64,000 nt of DNA from a virus. Positions 26,858-35,219 of the stretch are shown here, in pieces. The stretch's first letter is position 1, and the number at the start of each line of letters is the position of its first letter. The notes beneath the pieces were generated by a model. It did not search any database and had not been told where the DNA came from. It saw nothing but the letters and a program-made list of their open reading frames with translations. Both the position numbers and the translations under genes were made by a program. The stretch covers positions 1 through 64,000 of IMG/VR virus record IMGVR_UViG_3300027782_000058; one strand, given 5' to 3'.

Positions 26858-27088
26858 CTACGGGGCGGCTTTTTCCTTTGCCATGCAGGCTTGGATAGTC
26901 GTGAAAAGTTTGTAGAGCGGGATCTTGGGGCACTCACTGCCGTGTGCAACGCATATGCCGATGGTATCGAGAGCATCGAGGGCATCGTCAGGGCCAAACA
27001 CTTCGAGAAACTTGTAGGCAATGGGGATGAGGAATTCGTCATCGAACTGGTCATCCGTTTTATCAAGCGTCGCTGAAGTAGTTGTCAT
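26858..27088 (-). CDS. Hypothetical protein
   Basis: Minus-strand ORF converging on the hairpin at about 26850-26875. Confidence 0.5.
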   Translation of the reverse strand: MTTTSATLDKTDDQFDDEFLIPIAYKFLEVFGPDDALDALDTIGICVAHGSECPKIPLYKLFTTIQACMAKEKAAP

Positions 27089-27174
27089 GCGTCGACCTTA
27101 CTCGTGAATCGTATTCGAAGTCGAGCGAGCGGGCGGAGAACGAGAAAAAATCTTTACTCCGCCCGCCGGGCGGC

Positions 27175-27294
27175 TCACTTTTTCGGTTCTGTCTTCTTCT
27201 TGGCTGCAGCGGGCTTTGCCGCCTGAGGAGTTTTTTCAGGGGCGGGCTTAGTCGCGCCGGGCATGTCTTGCGCGCGGAAGTTGGTTTGGGCCAT
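27175..27294 (-). CDS. Lys/Pro/Ala-rich 39-aa peptide
   Basis: AAGGGAGG RBS; MAQTNFRAQDMPGATKPAPEKTPQAAKPAAAKKKTEPKK. Confidence 0.6.
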   Translation of the reverse strand: MAQTNFRAQDMPGATKPAPEKTPQAAKPAAAKKKTEPKK

Positions 27295-27417
27295 GAGGGC
27301 ACCTCCCTTCCTAACTTCGATGGGCATGTCAGAATCGTACCGTTTTCGGTACTGTTCTGCCTTGACATGACAAGGCCCCCACTCCCCGAGAGGAGTGAGG
27401 GCTTGTCAGGGTGACGG

Positions 27418-27777
27418 TCAGAGTTGGACCAGTCGTCCTAGGTCAAGCACGCGCTGCATGAGCGCGCCCCATGAGCAGTAGTAGTGCATCCCGTACGCGG
27501 ACCGCGTGCGGGGGTTGTAGGTCCAAGTGGAGTAGGTGTCCACCTTGCTAGGGGCCTCACCGTCGTTCACGGCGTAGGCGTCCTTGAGGGCGATGCCGCA
27601 CGCGGCACACGGGCGGTCGCCCGCCTCGCCATCGTTCGGCATGTGGAGCATGAACGTCTTACGCATGCGCCGTGCGCCTTCCGCGAGTGCGGCAAACGTG
27701 TCCGCCTCATGGTACGCCTTAGCCCCGGTAGTCCACGGCTTGCGGAAGCCGGGGCGGGTAGTGGTCGAAGTCTTCAC
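27418..27777 (-). CDS. Hypothetical protein (inverted cassette)
   Basis: Minus-strand TTGACT..TAGTTT promoter (27854-27826), CTAGGGAGG RBS, terminator about 27374-27403. Confidence 0.75.
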   Translation of the reverse strand: MKTSTTTRPGFRKPWTTGAKAYHEADTFAALAEGARRMRKTFMLHMPNDGEAGDRPCAACGIALKDAYAVNDGEAPSKVDTYSTWTYNPRTRSAYGMHYYCSWGALMQRVLDLGRLVQL

Positions 27778-27940
27778 TGTCTCACCTCCCTAGGGTGTCT
27801 GCCGGGGTTTTCCCGGTCAGGAGTAAAACTACCCTAGATCGAGTCAAAAGTCAAATCGAGGGTAGGACTTGCGAATGTCAGAGAACTAGGGTACTCTGAT
27901 CCCATACCCCGAAGACACGGGGCAGAACTAGGGAGGCACA

Positions 27941-28171
27941 ATGTTCACTGAAGTCAACTTCATCATCGACGTTTGCACTGACTGCTACGTCGCCGCCGCT
28001 GGAGTCGGGGACGCGGGTGAGACTCCCGAGTACGCCCCCCTCGCTCACTTCGACGGGCAGGGTACGGCAGTGCCCACTGAGGAAGGGGAGGGCCACTTCA
28101 GCAATCACGGGTGCCCCGGATGCGGGTCACCCCTTGCGGGGCAACGCTTTGAGGTCACGGTTCTGAACTAG
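27941..28171 (+). CDS. Zinc-ribbon protein
   Basis: CTDC...FS...CPGCGSPLAGQR; CTAGGGAG RBS. Confidence 0.78.
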   Translation: MFTEVNFIIDVCTDCYVAAAGVGDAGETPEYAPLAHFDGQGTAVPTEEGEGHFSNHGCPGCGSPLAGQRFEVTVLN

Positions 28172-28313
28172 GCGCGAGAGGTTGCCCCGGCCTACGGGTC
28201 GGGGCTTCCCGCCCCCGTCAGGAAACAATTCCGGCGTAAGACTTGCGATCCGATCCAAAGTAGGGTATCTTCGTACTACCGCCCCAAACGGGGGCCAAAC
28301 TAGGGAGGTCACA

Positions 28314-28529
28314 ATGCACACACTCATCACCCCCACCCTCACCCTCGCGGGCACCGTTTACTCGGTGTCTGAGCAGTACGAGTCCCCTGCGGCTCACTTC
28401 ACTACCCGCGAGGCTGCAGTGGCCCACGCGGAAGCCCTTAACGCCGCCTACCGGGGTCGATTCAATGACTGTCTTGGCGACGACTACTACCCCACGTTCG
28501 CGGTGGGGGAGGTCAAGGTCTACTCCTGA
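28314..28529 (+). CDS. Hypothetical protein
   Basis: CTAGGGAG RBS; FTTREAA motif. Confidence 0.75.
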   Translation: MHTLITPTLTLAGTVYSVSEQYESPAAHFTTREAAVAHAEALNAAYRGRFNDCLGDDYYPTFAVGEVKVYS

Positions 28530-28597
28530 CCACTGGCACGCGCCCCCCGGCCATACGGTCGGGGGGGCATTCACAACGACAGAAGGAAGTGATCACA

Positions 28598-28957
28598 ATG
28601 CAGAACCCAGTGACATTCACGCCCACTGAGGCCGTGATCCTCACTCACCGGCTAGAGGCCCCTGACGCTATCGCTGAAGCCCTCTCTGACGGCGGGGCAC
28701 CGTGGACCTACGCGGCCATCGAGGAACGCGCCACCGCCATCCTCTCGGGCTGGAGGGGAGGCAAGTCCCTGACCGTCGACATGGGCGACTCGCTCACCCG
28801 CGCCATCATCGAGGACTGTTGTGATGGCAGTGTGTTCTTCGCCGCGATGGAGTACGCGGTCGACTACGGAGAAATTACCCCCGCAAAGGCGCGACACCTT
28901 GAGCAAGCGGCGACCACGCTGGAAGCCAAGACGGGGGTGCCGGTTCCACTCGGATAG
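28598..28957 (+). CDS. Hypothetical protein
   Basis: AAGGAAGTGATC RBS; terminator follows. Confidence 0.75.
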   Translation: MQNPVTFTPTEAVILTHRLEAPDAIAEALSDGGAPWTYAAIEERATAILSGWRGGKSLTVDMGDSLTRAIIEDCCDGSVFFAAMEYAVDYGEITPAKARHLEQAATTLEAKTGVPVPLG

Positions 28958-29179
28958 CCGCGCGCCTAGCGAGAAGCCTCATCCCTACGGGGGATGGGGC
29001 TTTTCGCATTCCCGTCGCGAGTCGAGGACGCCGCCGGAAAAAATCTTTGCCTCGCCCCCGCGCGGCCCCGCCCCCGGACGAATGGAAAGGCTTCACTCGA
29101 AAGAACTTGACACCTGTCATAGGACTGGTATAAGGTGTGTATACATCCCAGAGAGGGGTGCCACTAGGGAGGTGGGAAG

Positions 29180-29464
29180 TTGCAGTACCGAATCACTCAC
29201 CACGCGGCTCGTCAGGCCGCAGTCAAGGGGTTCGCCATCGACGCCGTGATCCGAGCGGCTCAATCCCCGAGCATCACTTACCCGAGCGGGAAGCGTCACC
29301 CCGGTCAGGTCCGTCACATTCGTGACGGCATCGTCGCCGTCGTGGACCCCGTGACGGCAACGGTTGTCACGGTCTACGAGAACGTGCGGGAGACCGCGCT
29401 ACGTCCCGATCAGCGCGACCCGGTGGCGCTGGAGTACGGCAGGCAGTGGGGCAAGCGGCACTGA
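29180..29464 (+). CDS. DUF4258-like protein (RelE-like fold)
   Basis: ITHHAARQ...VVTVY; CTAGGGAG RBS. Confidence 0.7.
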   Translation: MQYRITHHAARQAAVKGFAIDAVIRAAQSPSITYPSGKRHPGQVRHIRDGIVAVVDPVTATVVTVYENVRETALRPDQRDPVALEYGRQWGKRH

Positions 29465-29595
29465 CTGACTGAGAGGGAGGCCCCCACCTACGGGTGGGGG
29501 TCTCCCGTTTGTCAGGGGACCCAAACTTGACAGGCAAGGTAGATAGGCGTATTCTTTGAGAGTTGGACTCACCACACAGACAAGGGAGAACCGAA

Positions 29596-29940
29596 ATGAC
29601 GACCACCACCGTCCTCGAACTTGTGGAGGACTACATGCAGGCAATCCGCGAGGCTACGGCCAAGTACTACGCGGACAACTACCACCACCTTCAGCCCCCG
29701 ATGATCTATGCGGAGCCGGGTCGCCGGTTCGCCCGCATCGTGATGGAAGGCTCGAATCAGCGTACGGTCCACGCTTTCGTGGACATGGAGACCGGCGACG
29801 TGATCAAGGCTGCAGGCTGGAAGGCCCCGCAGAAGGACAAGGACGGCCTCGCGGTTCGCTACCACCTCGCCGATGAGGCTGATCGCGCGCGGTGCTACGC
29901 GGCCATCGACCCTCACGGTGGATACCTCTACAAGTGGTAG
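29596..29940 (+). CDS. Conserved hypothetical phage protein
   Basis: GRRFARIV...VHAFVDMETGDVIKAAGWKAP. Confidence 0.8.
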   Translation: MTTTTVLELVEDYMQAIREATAKYYADNYHHLQPPMIYAEPGRRFARIVMEGSNQRTVHAFVDMETGDVIKAAGWKAPQKDKDGLAVRYHLADEADRARCYAAIDPHGGYLYKW

Positions 29941-30207
29941 CCCTCACGAAGTACGGCCCCCACCTACGGGTGGGGGCTTTTCGTTTTCGCGCGACGGGAG
30001 GACTGGTAACCCTCTCGCCGAAAGGCCCTCGCCGAAAGGCGGGGGCCTTTTCGCGTGCGAATGCGGGCCGGGTGATGGGAGGTGGCGAAACTTTTTTTCC
30101 GGTCATCGCGCGCGAGGTCGCTACGCGCGGGACAACTTGACACTCGGTAGGATGTTCGATAAGGTAGGACTACCGCCCAACCGGGGCGCACAACCTAGGG
30201 AGTCGAA

Positions 30208-30456
30208 ATGTCCGTCACCACCGTCACCACCTACGCAATCTCCTACACCGCCACTAACCGTAGCGGCGCGGTCCACACCTACGTTCTGTCAGACCTTGAC
30301 ACCGCCGGTATCGGCGAGGTCATCGCTTCCATGTACGCGCAACGGGATGACTGGTACTGCCGCAACGTCACCATTGCCACGATGGGCGGTCAGGTTGTCT
30401 ACACGTTCGATGGCACCCCGCACGCCGCTACCGTGGCGAGCGTTCTCTCTCGCTAG
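30208..30456 (+). CDS. Hypothetical protein
   Basis: Promoter 30137; CTAGGGAG RBS. Confidence 0.75.
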   Translation: MSVTTVTTYAISYTATNRSGAVHTYVLSDLDTAGIGEVIASMYAQRDDWYCRNVTIATMGGQVVYTFDGTPHAATVASVLSR

Positions 30457-30590
30457 TCACGTCCTAGGCCCCGGCCCTCACCCTGCGAAAGGGTGGGGGC
30501 TGGCTGGCTTTCCGGCCCATATCGCCATGCGGCGGGCTAGATACAATGGCTTGACATTCCTTGCGCGCCCTACCCTGCCGGAGGCCCACC

Positions 30591-30761
30591 GTGCCGTTTC
30601 GCACGTCGTGCGAGCAATGCGAGGGAGTCGCCACCGTGCTAGTGGCGGGCGGTCGCGCGCACGCGCAATGCCTGCCGCTGCCGGTGGACTTGACGCGGCT
30701 CGCTGCCATGCCGCGACTTCCGGATGGGATCCCGTGGCGGTGCCCGTGGTGCGGCGCTTGA
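30591..30761 (+). CDS. Zinc-finger miniprotein
   Basis: GGAGG RBS; CEQC...CPWC. Confidence 0.5.
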   Translation: MPFRTSCEQCEGVATVLVAGGRAHAQCLPLPVDLTRLAAMPRLPDGIPWRCPWCGA

Positions 30762-30969
30762 AACTTTTTTTCCTCACCTACGCGCACACGGCAGGACATC
30801 GGGAGTGCTCGGGCTACCGCGACTTCGAGACTTTGCGCGAAAGTCTGCCGTAAGGCTCTCAGACTTGACATGACTTGACGCATAGGGCTCTCATGACTTG
30901 ACAAACGTTCGGATTCGAGTAAACTGGGCACACCGGCCCACAAGGGGCCGCAACCGAAGGGACACCGAC

Positions 30970-31500
30970 ATGACCACCTACGCCCCCCGCACCCGCGTCG
31001 CCCGCCCCGCGACCGACCGTCAGGTTGCGTACGCCGAGGCGCTGCTGCTGCAGGTCACCGGCCCTGACAACTTTGACGAGGCCCGCCTCGCGCTCGCCGA
31101 GCGGGGTGGACTCGCCACGGTTGACGCGGCGTCGCGCACTATCGACGCCCTGCGGACGCAGGCCGCTGCCATGCGGACGCAGGCCCCTCGCGCCGCTGCC
31201 CCTCGCGCCGCTGCCACTGAGGCCCTCGCACTGGGCATGTACCGCCGTGACGGTGAGGTCTACCGCGTAGTCGCCTCGCGGGCCGGTCGCCCGTACGCTA
31301 AGCGCCTTGACCCGGCCACGGGTAAGTTTGACTACGCGGCGGGCGCGATCCGCACGCTCACCGCTGCGGACCGTATGAGCCTCTCCGAGGCTGCCGAGTA
31401 CGGTCGGGCCATCGGTCGGTGTTGCGTATGTGGCGCGACGCTCACCGACCCCGAGTCGGTCGCCCGTGGCATCGGCCCCGTGTGCGGGGGGCGAGTCTGA
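30970..31500 (+). CDS. DUF6011-like zinc-finger protein (paralog of 26275-26835)
   Basis: ATDRQVAY; CCVCGATLTDPESVARGIGPVC. Confidence 0.82.
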   Translation: MTTYAPRTRVARPATDRQVAYAEALLLQVTGPDNFDEARLALAERGGLATVDAASRTIDALRTQAAAMRTQAPRAAAPRAAATEALALGMYRRDGEVYRVVASRAGRPYAKRLDPATGKFDYAAGAIRTLTAADRMSLSEAAEYGRAIGRCCVCGATLTDPESVARGIGPVCGGRV

Positions 31501-31741
31501 GGCCCCGAGCGCGAGAGGCCCCATCCCTTCGGGGGTGGGGCCTTCGTCATGTCGTGCGGATCACGCGCGAGCGGCGAGCGGCAGGCGAGAAAAAATCTTT
31601 GCCCTGCCCCCGTCGGGCGTGGAGTCGCGAGAGGTCGCGCGAGTGGTGAGATTCCCTTCCGAGATTCGACTTGACATGCCGCACGAGGTACGTCATACTG
31701 GAGGCATGCCGCAAGGCGCGGCAGCACCTAGGGAGGCAATC

Positions 31742-31987
31742 ATGACCGACTACACCACGATCACCGGAACCCGCGAGGGTGTTCGCGCCTACTACTCCGA
31801 GATTGCCCCCGGAGTGTGGGAGGCGGAGATTGAGTGGCAGGACGACTACGCTCGCGGTGTCTGGCACAACGCCGGTTGCGTTACGTTCACCAGTGAGCCC
31901 GACCTCGCCGCCATCGTGAGCGCGGTACAGTCCTACTGCTCCGATCAATACGACCGCGAAATGGAGTACCGCTCCACAAAACACTGA
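31742..31987 (+). CDS. Hypothetical protein
   Basis: Promoter 31671; CTAGGGAG RBS. Confidence 0.75.
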   Translation: MTDYTTITGTREGVRAYYSEIAPGVWEAEIEWQDDYARGVWHNAGCVTFTSEPDLAAIVSAVQSYCSDQYDREMEYRSTKH

Positions 31988-32217
31988 CACCCGAAAGATG
32001 CCCCGCCCCGAAAGGGTGCGGGGCATCTTTGCGTTTGGGATTGACAATCCGGCGCGCGAGGGGCACCGCCGCACCGTGGAAAAAATCTTTGCCCACGGGG
32101 CGGTCGGGAGTCGCGCGCGGACTGCGAACCATGCCGATGCACTTGACTTGACACTGCCTTAGATCCGAGTAAACTGGGACTACCGCCCCGGCAGGGGGCC
32201 ACACCTAGGGAGACCAA

Positions 32218-32556
32218 ATGTCCACTGTCATCGCCACCGCCACCCCCACGTCCGCCGCTATCTCGGACGGCATCGTGCGGGCAAGTGTCGACCTTATGGG
32301 ACGCAACCGTGAGGGGCGTCAGGAATGGCGCTACAGCATCGCCTGCGAGTCCGAGGCTCAGACTGGCACCGACCTGCGGACGGGAGTTGGGGCCACAGAG
32401 ACTGGCGTCGACATGCTCCGTACCCTCGCGGGATTCCTCGCGGCACACTCCGAGTCCTCCGAGGGCGGCGAGTGTGCGGACCTGTTCGATATCTCGCGAG
32501 AGGCTACGGAGGCCATCTCCGAGGTCATCTACTACGCGGTCGGGTGGGATGCCTGA
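32218..32556 (+). CDS. Hypothetical protein
   Basis: Promoter 32148; CTAGGGAG RBS. Confidence 0.78.
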   Translation: MSTVIATATPTSAAISDGIVRASVDLMGRNREGRQEWRYSIACESEAQTGTDLRTGVGATETGVDMLRTLAGFLAAHSESSEGGECADLFDISREATEAISEVIYYAVGWDA

Positions 32557-32772
32557 CCCGAACGTTCTGAAAGGCCCCGCATCCGAAAGAGCGCGGGGCC
32601 TTTCGCATTGCGCGGGGAGCGCGCGCGGTGGAATCGGAAAAAATCTTTAGACCGCCGCCCCGCCCGTCGCCACGCGCCCATCGCCCGGTCCCGATAGAAC
32701 TTGACAACGCTCGCAGAATCCGGCATACTAGATCCATGCCGCAGGGAGCGGCACTAATCAAGGGAGACTGAA

Positions 32773-32910
32773 ATGACCTTCGCAATCGCCTACACCGTGA
32801 ACACCGAGAACATCGTCCTGTCGGGCCTTGACTCGCAGGGGCTTATCGATGCCGTGCTCTACTCGGCTCAATACGGCCCCATCACGAACGTCACGGTGTC
32901 GTCCTACTGA
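32773..32910 (+). CDS. Miniprotein (45 aa), similar to 30208-30456
   Basis: Promoter 32701; CAAGGGAG RBS; FAIAYT..VLSGLD..NVTV. Confidence 0.7.
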   Translation: MTFAIAYTVNTENIVLSGLDSQGLIDAVLYSAQYGPITNVTVSSY

Positions 32911-33039
32911 CAGGCACCGCGCGAGACCCCGGCCCTTACGGGTCGGGGTCTTTCGCTTTCTAGGGGGCTTGACAACGTGACTCAAACTAGTAGACTGGGG
33001 CTACGCCCCGATACGCGGGGCCTGACCTAGGGAGTCACA

Positions 33040-33177
33040 ATGGCCGTTATGACCACAGAGTGGATCTGTTCCTCATGCCGTACCGTGTGGGTGAGTGAGG
33101 ACTACCCGCTTTGCCCGGAGTGCCGCACGGATGAGTGCGCGCTCACGCGCGAGGCGTGGGTTAGGTGGGTACGATGA
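33040..33177 (+). CDS. Zinc-ribbon miniprotein (45 aa)
   Basis: CTAGGGAG RBS; CSSC...CPEC. Confidence 0.7.
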   Translation: MAVMTTEWICSSCRTVWVSEDYPLCPECRTDECALTREAWVRWVR

Positions 33178-33485
33178 CCACCACCCGCAACGCAAACGCC
33201 GCTATCGCGTCGTGCGAGACGTTCCGCGCGTCGGCCCTGTCGGGAGTCACCACGGTGCCCGGTGCGGGTCGCCTTGACGGTGCCGACCGTGATCGGTTCT
33301 ACGCCGACCGGGACGCTATCGCCTACGCGGTTATGTCCTACGGCACGCCTATCGCGTGGCTCACGCCGCGCGGGTGGCACGTCGTGGGCCAGCGTTTCAG
33401 CGTCACCACTTCACGACACCAGAGCGTCACCTTGCGGGGCGTGCGCGAGTGGTGCGAACGGTCGGGAGTCACTTGCGTTTGGTGA
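33174..33485 (+). CDS. Conserved hypothetical phage protein
   Basis: YAVMSYGTPIAW...SVTTSRHQ; ATGA overlap. Confidence 0.8.
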   Translation: MTTTRNANAAIASCETFRASALSGVTTVPGAGRLDGADRDRFYADRDAIAYAVMSYGTPIAWLTPRGWHVVGQRFSVTTSRHQSVTLRGVREWCERSGVTCVW

Positions 33486-33799
33486 CCCGCTAGCCTCCGA
33501 GTGAGAGCCCTGCCCCGTTTGAGGGGGGTGGGGCTCTCGCCGTTTCGCGCGCGGCGTGCGGGCGCTCGACGAAAAAAATCTTTACCCCCCCGGTGTTTGG
33601 CTCGACGGACTACCGAGAGGTGGTCGGGGTCTTCACTTGTCTCCCGGCGGGGTGCGGGGCGGGGCGCGCCCACCCGTGACGCTCTCGGGGCGCTATCAAA
33701 CCGTGACCTAGAAACTTGCGGGAAGTGTTGACAGTCTCCCCAAACTCTGACAAACTAGAGGCATGCCCCAAACGGGGGCACCACCTAGGGAGGCACCAA

Positions 33800-33907
33800 A
33801 TGTCACTCACCACCACCACCGCCTACACGGTCACTAGCCTCTGGGATGACGACCTAGAGGACGCACTCTGTGAGTGCGTTGCCGATGACTGCCCCCTAGA
33901 TCACTAG
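33800..33907 (+). CDS. 35-aa peptide
   Basis: Promoter 33728; CTAGGGAG RBS; CEC...CPLDH. Confidence 0.6.
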   Translation: MSLTTTTAYTVTSLWDDDLEDALCECVADDCPLDH

Positions 33908-34026
33908 GGGGCAAGCGGGCAGGGGCACCCTACGGGGTGCCCCTTTCGTTGCCCGGCGGGGGTGCGCGGCGGGCGTCCGGAAACTTTTTTTCGTGCCTCG
34001 CGCCCCAGCGGCACGGCACGGCCTAC

Positions 34027-34067
34027 GGCAGGGCAGGGCAGGGGCAGGGCAGGGCAGGGCAGGGGGG
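34027..34067 (+). repeat. (GGGCA)n tract, G-quadruplex-capable
   Basis: GGCAGGGCAGGGCAGGGGCAGGGCAGGGCAGGGCAGGGGGG; related (GCGGCAGG)4 at 34493-34530. Confidence 0.85.
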
Positions 34068-34185
34068 TGACGATGACCGTTATAGAACCGTGACCAAAAC
34101 TTGCGAGACTGGCTTGACACTTGGCAGGCAACTACGGTACTTTCGTTGTATGCCGCAAAGGGCGGCACCAACTAGGGAGGCACCA

Positions 34186-34446
34186 ATGTCCAACTACACC
34201 TTCACCACCAACACCCCGTTCGTCAACGTCTCTGTCGGTCCGCGTACCGATGTTGCTCAGTACATCTTCCACCTCGCCAACGGGGACAGTATCAGCGTTC
34301 TCCCCGCCTACGACCCTGCCGACTTCGAGTCGGCGTACATCCCCGCCGGGGACACGTCCGGACGTTGGGATGTTCGTAGGTGGGACGGCACCGACGCCTC
34401 CCCTGAGAGCGTGGCCCTCGCGCACCTCGCGGCACTCACCGCCTGA
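34186..34446 (+). CDS. Hypothetical protein
   Basis: Promoter 34114; CTAGGGAG RBS. Confidence 0.75.
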   Translation: MSNYTFTTNTPFVNVSVGPRTDVAQYIFHLANGDSISVLPAYDPADFESAYIPAGDTSGRWDVRRWDGTDASPESVALAHLAALTA

Positions 34447-34633
34447 CCCTCGCTCACTGGAAGGCCCTCGCTACGGCGGGGGCCTTCCTCATGCGGCAGG
34501 GCGGCAGGGCGGCAGGGCGGCAGGGCGGGGCCTCCCGAAAAAGTTTGCCGGTAGGTCTTGCCATCCGATTCGAAGTACGGTACTTTTACCTCAGCGCCCC
34601 AAAAGGGGCCACAACCTAACCTAGGGAGACACA

Positions 34634-34861
34634 ATGACCACCACCGCCACCCGCCCCACCCCCACTACCAAGACCGTTTCCGTTGCCGTTCACCCTAGCG
34701 GCGAGTGTTTCGTCGTCACCCGGATCGATGGGTTTTACGACGCGGGTAACGGCTTCCGCGACCGTTCATTCTGGGAGGTTGTGTTCACCCTCAAGCGGGC
34801 AGGCGGGGACGTGCTGCACAAGGTGCCGAACCGCCACTACCGCCCGTGTGAGTGCGGGTAG
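34634..34861 (+). CDS. Hypothetical protein
   Basis: CTAGGGAG RBS; terminator 34879-34905. Confidence 0.72.
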   Translation: MTTTATRPTPTTKTVSVAVHPSGECFVVTRIDGFYDAGNGFRDRSFWEVVFTLKRAGGDVLHKVPNRHYRPCECG

Positions 34862-34916
34862 TCCGCACCACGGCGAGAGGCCCCGCCCGGAAGGGTGGGG
34901 CCTCTCGCATGTCGGG

Positions 34917-34979
34917 CTCACGGCTCACGGCCTACGGCTCACGGCCTACGGCTCACGGCTCACGGCCTACGGCCTACGG
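34917..34979 (+). repeat. Nine tandem heptamers C(TC/CT)ACGG
   Basis: CTCACGG and CCTACGG units, 9 in total. Confidence 0.95.
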
Positions 34980-35219
34980 CCCCCCGTACTTACGGTCACC
35001 GCCCTCCCGGACGTGTGGCAGGCCCTGCAGCCTGCCGCCGGATGGCTCACTACCGCGTGGACTGTGGTCGACGGTGCGGGCCGTGAGTACCGTAGCGACT
35101 CCCCCGCCGACGCGGTGGCCTCTACAGGGCAGGAAGGTAGGCCCTAGGCCCACGACTCGGAAGGCCCCGACACCCGCGAGGGAGTCGGGGTCTTTCGTTG
35201 TGTCCATGCTCACGCGCAC

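Larger units (their letters stand above)
5267..34620 (+). promoter_or_regulatory. Array of more than 30 housekeeping-sigma-type early promoters (TTGACA-N16-19-TANNNT)
   Basis: TTGACA at about 5267, 6350, 7337, 7391, 8125, 9933, 10069, 10251, 11651, 14051, 15727, 17715, 18976, 19572, 19852, 20164, 20460, 20884, 21281, 21680, 22616, 24000, 26206, 29107, 29527, 30137, 31671, 32148, 32701, 32969, 33728, 34114, mostly with TAGACT/TAAGGT/TATAGT/TACTAT-like -10 boxes. Confidence 0.85.

Noticed and set aside
27787-27794. CTCCCTAG as another anti-RBS hairpin
   Set aside because: It is simply the RBS of the minus-strand gene 27418-27777.
29873-30853. 326-aa plus-strand ORF and similar long ORFs crossing cassettes
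   Set aside because: They run through terminators and promoters and overlap better-supported short genes that have an RBS.
5267-34905. Classical integron
   Set aside because: No tyrosine integrase in the window and no consistent RYYYAAC/GTTRRRY attC boxes; the units carry their own promoters.
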